A program made the translations under genes and the position numbers. The notes beneath the pieces are model-generated. The model was not told the DNA's origin and made no database searches. It saw nothing but the letters and a program-made list of their open reading frames with translations. From Patescibacteria group bacterium (GTDB taxonomy: Bacteria > Patescibacteriota > Patescibacteriia > UBA9934), in NCBI GenBank assembly GCA_041660165.1, contig JBAZWW010000002.1:132074-196073 (forward strand): 64,000 nt of DNA, written 5' to 3'. Each line of letters starts with the position of its first letter. Within the stretch, counting starts at the first letter, position 1. Of this stretch, positions 46,840 to 56,352 are shown piece by piece.

Positions 46840-47922
46840 ATGATTTTTACGATTTTTATCTTCTTGGCTGTTCTGTCGATTTTAGTTTTGGCGCACGAAT
46901 GGGGGCATTACGCCGCCGCGCGGAAAATGGGAATCGGGATTGAGGAATTTGGCATTGGCTTTCCGCCCAGGTTATTCGGCAGGAAAAATAAAAACGGCAT
47001 GCTCTGGAGCGTGAACCTGATTCCGCTTGGCGGGTTTGTCCGCATCAAGGGTGAAAACGGAGAGCGCCGGCATGAACATGATGCGTTTGCACAGAAGAGC
47101 ATTCCGGCCAGGATTTTTGTTTTGCTGGCCGGCGTTATGATGAACCTGTTGGTAGCTTGGGTCTTGTTTAGCGCGGGTTTTGCTTTTGGCCTGCCGGCGG
47201 TGGTTGAGGATTGGACGGACAAGTCGGCGATTGTTTCAAACTTGTCTGTTGATGTTGTACAAATTGTACAAAACTCGCCCGCCTCAGTTGTCGGTCTTAA
47301 AGAAGGCGATAAAATTTTGCAGATTGACGGACAGGCATACACGGATGGCGTGTTGGCGCGTTCGGCTCTGGCTCCGCATGCAGATGGTTCGCCCATTGCC
47401 ATCACGTATGAACGGGAGGGTGTTCGCGCGCATGTGAGCGTGACGCCGGCGTATGTGGATGAGCTTGGCAAGGCGGGCGTAGGCGTAGCCTTGCTTGGCA
47501 CCGGCAATGTCCGTTACCCGCTCTACCTGGCGCCCGTCAAAGGCGCAGAAACAACTATCAGCATGACCATTCAGGTGGTTGGCGCGTTTGTGGGTTTGCT
47601 CTCTGCGCTCTTTCACCATGAAAATGTTTCGGCCAATCTTTCCGGCCCCATTGGCATTGCCACGCTCACGGGCCAGGTGGCTCGCTTGGGCTTCTTCCAT
47701 CTTCTGCAATTCACCGCCATGCTCTCTGTAAACCTTGCGGTTTTGAACGCGCTTCCGTTCCCGGCGCTGGATGGCGGGCGAGTGTTCTTTGTGCTCGTTG
47801 AGGGCATTCGCAGAAAACCCAACAGCCTCACCTTTGAGCAAACCGCCCACACCATTGGCTTTGCACTATTGATCTTGCTGGTATTGTTTGTTACATATAA
47901 GGATATTGTGAAACTGTTTTGA
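46840..47922 (+). CDS. rseP: RIP site-2 metalloprotease RseP
   Basis: HEWGH (HExxH) in the first TM, an internal PDZ domain, and NLAVLNALPFPALDGG in the last TM. Confidence 0.85.
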   Translation: MIFTIFIFLAVLSILVLAHEWGHYAAARKMGIGIEEFGIGFPPRLFGRKNKNGMLWSVNLIPLGGFVRIKGENGERRHEHDAFAQKSIPARIFVLLAGVMMNLLVAWVLFSAGFAFGLPAVVEDWTDKSAIVSNLSVDVVQIVQNSPASVVGLKEGDKILQIDGQAYTDGVLARSALAPHADGSPIAITYEREGVRAHVSVTPAYVDELGKAGVGVALLGTGNVRYPLYLAPVKGAETTISMTIQVVGAFVGLLSALFHHENVSANLSGPIGIATLTGQVARLGFFHLLQFTAMLSVNLAVLNALPFPALDGGRVFFVLVEGIRRKPNSLTFEQTAHTIGFALLILLVLFVTYKDIVKLF

Positions 47923-47999
47923 GTCGTTGGATCCTTATCCCACTCCATCCCACCCCGACGACAGGAGGGGTAGGGCGGGATGGAACATAAGAATGAACT

Positions 48000-49070
48000 A
48001 TGATAAAGAAATTGCAAGAACTAGAAACAGAATGTCTCAAAGCATTTTCGAGCATCTCAACTTCCGCCGAACTTGAGGCTTCTCGGGTCGCTTATTTGGG
48101 ACGCAAGGGTAGACTCGCAGACATCCTGGCTGATCTGCCGAAATTGTCGAACGACGAAAAGCGTTCGGCCGGCCAGAAGGCCAATGAAGTGAAGTCGGCT
48201 ATTGAGGGAGCATTTGAGGCGGCCGTGGCGCGCATTGACTCGGCCCAATCCGCCAAGCGCGCAGAAAAAGAGTGGCTGGATATTTCTCTGCCAGGTTCAG
48301 AGCCGTCAGTCGGCCATCTTCATTTGACAAGTCAAGCGATTGAGGAAATTTCGGATATTTTTTCCCGCCTTGGTTTCGTTCGCGCTCGTCACCCCGAAGT
48401 AGACTGGGATTATTATGCGTTCGAATCCTTGAACATGCCGAAGGACCATCCCGCTCGGGATGATTGGGAAACGTTTTTTGTCGAGGGTGAAAATAATCGC
48501 GTGGCCGAGGGAGAAAAAGGCAAAATCGTGCTCACTCCGCACACCAGCAACGCGCAGGTGCGGGAGATGGAAAAGGGGCAGTTGCCGATCCGCATGATCA
48601 ATATCGGTAAGTGCTACCGCCGGCAATCAACGGCCAGACATCTGACCATGTTCCATCAGTTTGAAGGATTGGTAATTGACAAAACGGCGACCGTTACAGA
48701 ACTCAAAGGGGTGTGCGATTATTTTGCGAAAGCTTTTTTTGGCGAGGGCCGGGTAACTCGTTTACGCCCCTACCATTTCCGTTTTACGGAGCCGAGTTTT
48801 GAGCTCGATGTCTCGTGCGCCGTGTGCGATGGTTCTGGTCTCGTTGCCGGGGCGAAATGCAAGCTGTGCAAAGGCGGTTGGCTTGAGCTCGGCGGAGCCG
48901 GCATGGTGCATCCAAATGTTTTGAAAGCCGGCGGACTCAATCCGAAAGAGTATCAAGGTTTCGCTTTCGGTTGGGGTGTCGAGAGAACCGCCATGATGCG
49001 TTCCGGTCTGAACATTGATGATATTCGGATCATGTATAAGAATGATCTGAGATTCCTCCAGCAATTTTAG
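48000..49070 (+). CDS. pheS: Phenylalanine--tRNA ligase alpha subunit
   Basis: Class II aaRS motifs and the FGWGVERTAMM region; 356 aa. Confidence 0.9.
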   Translation: MIKKLQELETECLKAFSSISTSAELEASRVAYLGRKGRLADILADLPKLSNDEKRSAGQKANEVKSAIEGAFEAAVARIDSAQSAKRAEKEWLDISLPGSEPSVGHLHLTSQAIEEISDIFSRLGFVRARHPEVDWDYYAFESLNMPKDHPARDDWETFFVEGENNRVAEGEKGKIVLTPHTSNAQVREMEKGQLPIRMINIGKCYRRQSTARHLTMFHQFEGLVIDKTATVTELKGVCDYFAKAFFGEGRVTRLRPYHFRFTEPSFELDVSCAVCDGSGLVAGAKCKLCKGGWLELGGAGMVHPNVLKAGGLNPKEYQGFAFGWGVERTAMMRSGLNIDDIRIMYKNDLRFLQQF

Positions 49071-49090
49071 AGTTAGAGTTTGTTTATCTC

Positions 49091-49193
49091 TATCCTGAGC
49101 GAGAGCGAAGGATCCGACTCCTCGGGCGTAGCCCTACGGGCGAGCCTCACCGGTGAAAGTCGGACTCTTCGCATGGCTCAGAGTGGGACCATT
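49091..49193. repeat. Copy B of the palindromic repeat family (intergenic between pheS and pheT), carrying an extra nested hairpin insert
   Basis: ATCCTGAGCGAGAGCGAAGGATCCGAC ... CTCACCGGTGAAAGTCGGACTCTTCGCATGGCTCAGAGTGGGACCATT. Confidence 0.7.
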
Positions 49194-49206
49194 CACCAAT
49201 CTTTCT

Positions 49207-51615
49207 ATGAACATCCTCGCCTCATATAACTGGATCTGCGAATACCTCGATACAACATTGTCGGCGGACGAATTTGCCAAGGAGCTTTCGCTGAAGTCCA
49301 TGTCCGTTGAGAAAATCGACAAGCTGGGCGATAAGTTTGACCACATGGTGGTGGGCCTCATCAAAGAAATCAAAACGCACCCAAATGCGAACAAGCTTCG
49401 TATTGCCGTGACTGATATTGGCGAGAAGACGGTTGAGATCGTGTGCGGAGGATCGAACCTCGAGGTCGGTCAACGCGTGTTCGTCGCTCTCCCCGGTGCC
49501 AAGGTGAAATGGCACGGCCAAGGCGAGGATATCATCCTCGCAGAGGCTGAAATTCGCGGAGTTAAAAGCATCGGCATGATTTGTGCGCCTGCGGAAGTGG
49601 GATTTGACAAACTGCCAGCGGGCGAGCACGAAATTTGGGATCTCTCAGCGGTTACGAACGCGAAGGCCGGTACTCCGATCGTTGAAGCGCTTGAGCTCAA
49701 CGATACAATTTTCGACATTGAAATCACTACGAACAGACCCGACTGCATGAGTATCATTGGCCTAGCCCGTGAAGGCGCCGCCGTGGTAGATGGGCGTTCC
49801 CCCTCTTTCCAAGAGGGGGCTACGGGGGAGTCTCAGGGTGGCCTCGACGTCAAACTCGAATCCTCAAAGTGCTCCCGCTACATGACGGCTACGGTGAAGA
49901 ACGTCAAAGTTGGCCCTTCGCCATGGTGGCTTCAGAAGAAACTTTTGCTCGCCGGCCACAGACCGATCAATAACATTGTTGATATTACGAATTTAGTTTT
50001 GCACGAGTACGGCCAACCGCTTCATGCATTTGACTCGGCAAAAATCCACGGCGGAAAAATTATTGTGCGCGAGGCCATGAAAGGGGAGAAGCTCAAGGCG
50101 CTGGACGGCAAAGAATACGAGTTGTCTCGTAAGAACCTGATCATCGCGGACGCAGAGGGAGCTCTCGCCGTGGCCGGTGTGATGGGCGGACTCGAGTCCG
50201 GAACGTCGAACGCGACCACGACGGTCATTTTCGAGTCAGCCACATTTGACGCCGTGTCCGTTCGCCGGACGGCAAGAGATTTGAACCTTTACTCGGACTC
50301 CCAGCTCGTTTTCGAAAAGGGTCTCTCGACCGAAGCTTTGCCGAGTGCGTTGGCACGAGCGGTCGAACTCGCAAAAGAGATTGCGGGCGGTACACTCGAC
50401 GGAGTAACTGATGCTCAGCCAAAGCCGTACAAGCATCGAACGTATAAGACCTCGACCAAAAAGATTCGCGCGCGGATCGGCGTGGAAATTTCTGACGAGG
50501 AGATCGAGAAGATTTTGTCGAAACTTGGCTTCGCACTCGAAAAGAAGGGACATGTCATCACAGCCACGGTGCCGTACTGGAGAGATCATGACATCGAGTC
50601 GGAAATTGACCTGACCGAGGAAGTTGCGCGCATTTACGGCTATCACCGCATGCCATCCCGGCTTCCCGCCATTCAACCGCCGGCCGCGGTGAATGATGTT
50701 TCGCTCTCGTGGGAGCGCTCGCTCAAACGCGCGCTGGCAGGACTTGGCTATACGGAATTTTTCGGCTTATCGCTCGTTGATGCAAAGGATCTGGAGCACT
50801 ATGGCCTTTCGCCCGTTGATGCGATCAAGCTTTTGAATCCGCTGACGGAGGATTTGAGCTACCTTCGCCCTTCGCTCATGCCGTCGCTTTTGAAGAGCAT
50901 CGAAAGAAACCAAGCAAACGTCCCCTCGGCCCGTGTTTTCGAACTCGCTCGAGTGCACATGGCGTCTGTCATCCCGAGTGACAACGAGGGATCTGCATTG
51001 CCCGACGAACGCCTGCGCCTGGTCATCGCGGAATTCGGCTACGACAGCGCAGAGTCAGCCTTCATGCATCTCAAAGGAACATTGTCAGAGCTTGGCCGGA
51101 ACACCGGCGTCAGCTTCACGCTCAAGCGCGTAGATGACGAACCGCATTATCACCCCGGTCGTTCGGCGAGTATCCATGCCACGAGTGCAGGCGCTAGCAT
51201 CATTGCCGGTTCCATGGGCGAGCTTGCCCCGGAGTTCGCGCGAGCATTCGGCCTCGCGGGTTCGGTGTTCGTGATCGATCTTGATCTCGAAGCGCTCATC
51301 CCGCATATGCGCAAGAGCCTGCGCTATGAACCCATGGGCGAGTTCCCAACCTCCCGTCGAGACCTGTCATTTGTGGTGAACGAGCGCACGGCGTATGAGG
51401 ATATTGTGACAGCTATCAAGACTCCCTTGCTCTCAGACACCGCACTCGCTGACATTTACCGCGGGGCCGGCGTAGATGACGGCAAGAAATCCCTCACGCT
51501 TTCTCTGACCTTTGGCTCTCTTGATCGCACCCTCACCGGCGAGGAAGTAGAAACGGCCATCAAGGCTATCATTGTTACCCTTGAGGGCAAATTCGGCGCA
51601 GTGTTGCGCGGGTAG
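49207..51615 (+). CDS. pheT: Phenylalanine--tRNA ligase beta subunit
   Basis: Start at MNILASYNWICEYL (canonical PheT N-terminus), followed by tRNA-binding, B3/B4, B5 and FDX-ACB domains in order. The ORF track starts 54 nt upstream. Confidence 0.9.
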   Translation: MNILASYNWICEYLDTTLSADEFAKELSLKSMSVEKIDKLGDKFDHMVVGLIKEIKTHPNANKLRIAVTDIGEKTVEIVCGGSNLEVGQRVFVALPGAKVKWHGQGEDIILAEAEIRGVKSIGMICAPAEVGFDKLPAGEHEIWDLSAVTNAKAGTPIVEALELNDTIFDIEITTNRPDCMSIIGLAREGAAVVDGRSPSFQEGATGESQGGLDVKLESSKCSRYMTATVKNVKVGPSPWWLQKKLLLAGHRPINNIVDITNLVLHEYGQPLHAFDSAKIHGGKIIVREAMKGEKLKALDGKEYELSRKNLIIADAEGALAVAGVMGGLESGTSNATTTVIFESATFDAVSVRRTARDLNLYSDSQLVFEKGLSTEALPSALARAVELAKEIAGGTLDGVTDAQPKPYKHRTYKTSTKKIRARIGVEISDEEIEKILSKLGFALEKKGHVITATVPYWRDHDIESEIDLTEEVARIYGYHRMPSRLPAIQPPAAVNDVSLSWERSLKRALAGLGYTEFFGLSLVDAKDLEHYGLSPVDAIKLLNPLTEDLSYLRPSLMPSLLKSIERNQANVPSARVFELARVHMASVIPSDNEGSALPDERLRLVIAEFGYDSAESAFMHLKGTLSELGRNTGVSFTLKRVDDEPHYHPGRSASIHATSAGASIIAGSMGELAPEFARAFGLAGSVFVIDLDLEALIPHMRKSLRYEPMGEFPTSRRDLSFVVNERTAYEDIVTAIKTPLLSDTALADIYRGAGVDDGKKSLTLSLTFGSLDRTLTGEEVETAIKAIIVTLEGKFGAVLRG

Positions 51616-51633
51616 TGGTATTATTGAGTCAAT

Positions 51634-51945
51634 ATGTTGGGAACCCAAGACATCCTCTTCATCGTTCTCGCTTTTTGCGCGCTGTGGTTCACGGCCTTTC
51701 TTTGCTGGTTGTTATTCCAAGCGGCCAGTTTGCTCAAGCGCCTGCATGGCTTAGTTGATGAAGTCAAAGTAAAAATTGATGAACTCCAGCAGTCCATTGT
51801 TGGCATGAAGCGTAAGTTTGACGGCAACGTAGCCCTCATCACCGGCATTGCCGATGGTGTTCGCAGAATCATGGAAGCGCTGAAAGCCATGGACGGGATG
51901 GGGAGAAAAAAGACGTACAAGAGCGAAGATGAGGAGATGATGTAA
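51634..51945 (+). CDS. Small membrane protein with a coiled-coil C-terminal half (hypothetical)
   Basis: 103 aa with an N-terminal TM helix. Confidence 0.5.
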   Translation: MLGTQDILFIVLAFCALWFTAFLCWLLFQAASLLKRLHGLVDEVKVKIDELQQSIVGMKRKFDGNVALITGIADGVRRIMEALKAMDGMGRKKTYKSEDEEMM

Positions 51946-51953
51946 ACTCTGGC

Positions 51954-52358
51954 ATGTTAAAGCAAGATGAACTACTGGATCTAGCGAAGACTCGGTTCGC
52001 TGAGGCGCGTGTGCTTCATGAAAACGGCAAGCATGACGGCGCCGTCTATCTTTGCGGTTATGCGATTGAGCTGGCCTTAAAATGGGTTATTTTGAAAGAC
52101 AAACTTTGGGGATTTCCTGATGAACCGGAAGAGTTCAAGCTATATGAAGAAGTAAAAACGCATGACTTAGAAAAGTTGCTGACTATTGCAAATAGACAAC
52201 AAATGCAGAATGATAGAGTATTCTCCATACCTTGGGGGTATATCAAAAACTGGAGATCGGAGTTTCGTTATCGGCCGATTGGCATGGTCAAAGAGGTAGA
52301 CTCTTCCCAAATGTTGTCATCTGTGGATGCTATCATGAAAGCGCTTGGAGTAGCCTAA
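51954..52358 (+). CDS. HEPN-like domain protein
   Basis: AVYLCGYAIELALK and THDLEKLL resemble HEPN helices. A canonical Rx4-6H motif is not evident. Confidence 0.4.
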   Translation: MLKQDELLDLAKTRFAEARVLHENGKHDGAVYLCGYAIELALKWVILKDKLWGFPDEPEEFKLYEEVKTHDLEKLLTIANRQQMQNDRVFSIPWGYIKNWRSEFRYRPIGMVKEVDSSQMLSSVDAIMKALGVA

Positions 52359-52359
52359 T

Positions 52360-52740
52360 ATGGATCAGTTGATGAAAGATAAATTGCAGAAGATAGCGTT
52401 AGCCCTCGAATCAACGAAGGGAGAATTAAAATTGCTTGCCTGCGTTTGGAGGGATGATGTAAAAAAATGGGATATTTTGGTCAGTGCTAATTGGATTAAT
52501 TACAGCAAACTTCAAGAAGATATTGGGGTTATTTTTGACGAGTTTAAAAAGGAATTCAATGGGGAATTCGCTCTTCGTTTTTCAGGAATTTTTCCGTTGT
52601 CAACTACTGAACCCTTCGTGAATCAAATAACTCAACTGATTTCTGTTACTTCCGGAACCGTCGAACTTAAGGAGATACGCATCGGGGAGGTAAAAGTTGA
52701 TAAGATCGCCCTGATTGTTTCGAGGCCTGTTGTGGCTTAA
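52360..52740 (+). CDS. Hypothetical protein translationally coupled to the HEPN-like gene; possibly a degenerate nucleotidyltransferase-like partner
   Basis: The start lies 2 nt after the preceding stop. There is no GS...D.D motif; only a KKWDILVSA stretch. Confidence 0.4.
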   Translation: MDQLMKDKLQKIALALESTKGELKLLACVWRDDVKKWDILVSANWINYSKLQEDIGVIFDEFKKEFNGEFALRFSGIFPLSTTEPFVNQITQLISVTSGTVELKEIRIGEVKVDKIALIVSRPVVA

Positions 52741-53005
52741 CGGTTGGTGGTAAAAATATGTTTACAGGCATTTTTTCAGCATTACGCCCAGCATCCGCTG
52801 GAGGTTCAAGCGACTTTTCCAAATTCTTCCGAGAGGCATCTTCCCGTGAAAAGAAGAGAGTCTTTTTGGACGTCGCTAGAAAGGCAAGCAAAGAACAGCG
52901 GGACGTCATCCAAGCCTCTCAGAGAACACGTTAGAAAAAAAGCAGTCCTGCCAGAGATGGCTGGGCTGTTTATTTTTTTGTCCGAATATGGCACAGTAGC
53001 CCTAT

Positions 53006-56000
53006 ATGCTGACGCCAGAAAAAGCACAGATTGCCGTAAATGAGTACTTTTCTGCGTTGGCAGAGAAATTTCGTACAGGACAGGCGCGCGAGCACGCGTA
53101 CAGGCCAGTGCTTGAGAAATTGATGAAGGACCTTGATCAGTCGCTGAACGTTTTGAATGATCCGGCCAGAAGCGAGCACGGAAATCCCGACTTCATCTTT
53201 TTACGCGGTGACATCATGGTGGGTCATGCTGAGACAAAGGATATTGGCGTATCGCTCAGTAAGACAGAGAACTCCGAACAGCTCAGTCGTTATTTTGGTT
53301 ATGCGAACCTTTATCTCACGGACTATCTGGAGTTTCGGTTCTTCAAAAATGGCGCCAGATCAAACGAACCCATTGTGATCGGGACGATCAAAGACGGCCA
53401 GCTCGTGGCTCATCCTGAGCGCTTTGCTGAGCTAGCCACTGCGTTGGCCGATTTCGTGCAGGGCAAGCCTCAGCCCATCAAAAGCGGGAAACGACTCGCG
53501 GAAATTATGGGTGGCAAGGCCCGCCGGCTTCGGGACAATGTCCAGCAGTTTCTTGGGACTGAGTCTGAGAAGAACGCGGAGCTGATGCGTATTTATGAGA
53601 CGATCAAGAAACTTCTTGTTCATGATCTTTCCATAGAAAAGTTTGCGGATATGTACGCTCAGACGCTTGTCTACGGCCTCTTTGTGGCCCGTTACAATGA
53701 CAACACGCCGGAAAACTTTTCACGCCAGGAAGCGCGCGAGTTAGTTCCTGAAAGCAATCCCTTTTTACGCGAATTTTTTGACCACATTGCCGGCACTCGT
53801 TTTGATAAGCGTCTGGGCTTCATTGTAGATGAGCTCTGCGCAGTTTTTACGGTCAGCGATTTGAAGGAAATTGTTCACAGGCATCTCAAGGTAGAAGAGG
53901 ACGGAAAGGATGAGAAGGATCCCATCATCCATTTCTACGAAGATTTTTTGCACGAGTACGATCCGGCAGAGCGCAAGAAAATGGGCGCGTACTACACTCC
54001 GCTTCCCGTTGTCCGTTTCATTGTCCGCGCGGTTGATGAGGCGTTAAAGCGTGATTTTGGCTTGCCCAAGGGTTTGGCTGACACCTCAAAGCGCAAAGTG
54101 ACTGTTACGACTCAGGGCATGAAGCCAAAAGAAGTGGAGATACACCGCGTGCAAATCCTTGATCCCGCCGTTGGTACCGCTACGTTCTTGAATGAAATCA
54201 TTAAGCACGTGGCTAAGGATTTTAAGGGCCAGGAAGGACGCTGGTGTTCCTACGTGGAATCTGACCTCATGCCCCGTCTTCACGGGTTTGAGCTCATGAT
54301 GGCTCCCTACACGATCGCTCACCTCAAGCTAGCGATGACCCTGCAGGAAGCCGGTTGCGGTCATCTCAATCAGCGCCTTGGCGTTTATCTCACAAACACC
54401 CTTGAAGAAGGTGTGAAAGTTGATGACACTCTCTTTGGTCTTGGCCTCTCAGATGCCATCGCCAAAGAAGCCGAAGCTGCCGGCAAAATCAAGCACGAAA
54501 AACCCATCATGGTCATTGTCGGCAACCCGCCGTACAGCGGCGAGTCTTCAAACAAAACCGATTACGCCATGAGTCTTGTGGCGAAATATAAATTCGAGCC
54601 GGGCGGGAAAGAAAAGCTCAAGGAACGCAACCCAAAATGGATCAATGACGATTACGTTAAGTTTATCGCCTTTGCGGAAGACATGATTGAGAAAACCGGC
54701 GAGGGCATTGTGGCCATGATCACAAACCACGGCTACCTCGACAACCCCACCTTCCGCGGTATGCGTTGGCACCTCGCCGAGACATTCGACAAACTTTACA
54801 TTTTGGATTTGCACGGGAATGCCAAGAAGAAAGAGACTTCTCCGGATGGAAGCAAGGATGAGAACGTATTCGCGATTCAACAGGGAGTGTCAATCATCGT
54901 GGCTGTTAAAACAGGTAAGAAAAAGATTGGTGCTCAGGCCGCGGTCATGCACGCGGATCTTTTTGGCACACGGGTGAATAAATTCTCAACACTGAATGAA
55001 GATCGTATTTGTTGGATAGAAATTAAGCTTGATGAGAAGTTTCTATTCTTTGCTAATAAAAATACTGAGGGTAAGGAAGAATACGACCGAGGGATATCAA
55101 TCACCGACCTCTTTCTGGAAAACAGTGTCGGCATTGTTACTGGACGAGACGAACTGACGATTGATTATTCCCGAGAGGATCTCTGGAGAAGGGTTCAAAG
55201 ATTCGCCGATCTTGACGTTGAGGACGCTAGATCAGAGTTCCATCTTGGAAAAGACGCGCGTGATTGGCAGGTAGATCTGGCGCAGAAGGATATCAGAAGT
55301 AACTTCTCTGAAACGAAATTAGAGTCGATATATTATCGGCCATTCGACGTTCGTTGGACGTATTACACCGGCAACTCTCGTGGGTTCTATTGTTATCCGC
55401 GGTACGAAGTCATGCAACATTTTTTGAAAGGGGAGAATGTTGGACTTGATATTTGTCGTCAAAATATCTCGCAAGAATTTTCTCATGTTTTTGTTACTGA
55501 CAGAATCGCCGATGACTCGTATGTATCCAATAAATCCCGTGAGCGCGGATACGTGCTTCCGTTGTTCATCTATCGAGAAGACGGCGAGCGAGTAGCTAAC
55601 TTTGATCCGGAAACAATCAAACAATTCACGGCGAGTTTAGAAGAGTTATTTGACCCGGAAAATGTATTGGATTATATCTACGCAATTTTGTACAGTCCCG
55701 CCTACAGGACAAAGTACATGGAATTCTTGAAGACCGACTTCCCTCGGGTTCCCGTGCCAGAGAACGACAAACAGTTCCACGCACTTGCAGAGTTCGGCAA
55801 ACAATTACGAGAGCTTCATCTGCTCACATCGCCCAAGGTACATGATTTCATCACCACGTATCCCAAGGAGGGATCAAATCTTGTAGAAAAGCTAGCGTAT
55901 AAAGACGGGAACGTCTGGATCAATGCCAACCAGTACTTTGGCGGTGTGCCGGAGATAGCTTGGAACTTCTACATTGGTGGTTATCAGCCAGCTCAGAAGT

Positions 56001-56140
56001 GGTTGAAAGACAGAAAGGGAAGAGCGCTTGAGAATAAAGACATTGAGCATTATCAACAGATGATCGTGGCATTGGCAGAGACCGATAAGATTATGAAGGA
56101 AATTGATACGGTTGCTTTTGTCAGGCTGAACACAGTATGA
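53006..56140 (+). CDS. Fused N-terminal PD-(D/E)xK endonuclease plus gamma-class N6-adenine DNA methyltransferase with a C-terminal target-recognition region (MmeI-family Type IIL / PglX-like)
   Basis: N-terminus NPDFIFLRG...GHAETKD (D...ExK), MTase motif I ILDPAVGTATFL, motif IV VIVGNPPYSG; 1044 aa. Confidence 0.75.
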   Translation: MLTPEKAQIAVNEYFSALAEKFRTGQAREHAYRPVLEKLMKDLDQSLNVLNDPARSEHGNPDFIFLRGDIMVGHAETKDIGVSLSKTENSEQLSRYFGYANLYLTDYLEFRFFKNGARSNEPIVIGTIKDGQLVAHPERFAELATALADFVQGKPQPIKSGKRLAEIMGGKARRLRDNVQQFLGTESEKNAELMRIYETIKKLLVHDLSIEKFADMYAQTLVYGLFVARYNDNTPENFSRQEARELVPESNPFLREFFDHIAGTRFDKRLGFIVDELCAVFTVSDLKEIVHRHLKVEEDGKDEKDPIIHFYEDFLHEYDPAERKKMGAYYTPLPVVRFIVRAVDEALKRDFGLPKGLADTSKRKVTVTTQGMKPKEVEIHRVQILDPAVGTATFLNEIIKHVAKDFKGQEGRWCSYVESDLMPRLHGFELMMAPYTIAHLKLAMTLQEAGCGHLNQRLGVYLTNTLEEGVKVDDTLFGLGLSDAIAKEAEAAGKIKHEKPIMVIVGNPPYSGESSNKTDYAMSLVAKYKFEPGGKEKLKERNPKWINDDYVKFIAFAEDMIEKTGEGIVAMITNHGYLDNPTFRGMRWHLAETFDKLYILDLHGNAKKKETSPDGSKDENVFAIQQGVSIIVAVKTGKKKIGAQAAVMHADLFGTRVNKFSTLNEDRICWIEIKLDEKFLFFANKNTEGKEEYDRGISITDLFLENSVGIVTGRDELTIDYSREDLWRRVQRFADLDVEDARSEFHLGKDARDWQVDLAQKDIRSNFSETKLESIYYRPFDVRWTYYTGNSRGFYCYPRYEVMQHFLKGENVGLDICRQNISQEFSHVFVTDRIADDSYVSNKSRERGYVLPLFIYREDGERVANFDPETIKQFTASLEELFDPENVLDYIYAILYSPAYRTKYMEFLKTDFPRVPVPENDKQFHALAEFGKQLRELHLLTSPKVHDFITTYPKEGSNLVEKLAYKDGNVWINANQYFGGVPEIAWNFYIGGYQPAQKWLKDRKGRALENKDIEHYQQMIVALAETDKIMKEIDTVAFVRLNTV

Positions 56141-56304
56141 CGCCCGATGAAATAAAAGAAAAACGAGCAGAGTTTCTCCGATTAACGCGTCAAGCCCAAG
56201 AAATAAGGGACCGTCTTATTGCGCGTGCTGAAGTGTTGATGAAGGAGCTGGATATTTCTTTTGATGAGGCGCTGAACTATATTCGGAATGTGGACACAAA
56301 GTAG
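56137..56304 (+). CDS. Small ORF (55 aa, MTPDEIKEKRAEFLRLTRQAQEIRDRLIARAEVLMKELDISFDEALNYIRNVDTK) overlapping the MTase stop in ATGA fashion
   Basis: Translationally coupled small ORF found by my own translation; it is below the ORF-track cutoff. Confidence 0.3.
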   Translation: MTPDEIKEKRAEFLRLTRQAQEIRDRLIARAEVLMKELDISFDEALNYIRNVDTK

Positions 56305-56352
56305 CGAATGGTGCTTTGTGTGGTTACGCTAGCTACTTAGTTGGAACGTGGT

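Noticed and set aside
52744-53043. 99-aa ORF and an alternative 57-aa ORF in the spacer between the HEPN pair and the MmeI-like gene
   Set aside because: There is no RBS and no motifs, and the reading frames conflict. It is more likely the promoter or 5' UTR of the large RM-like gene.
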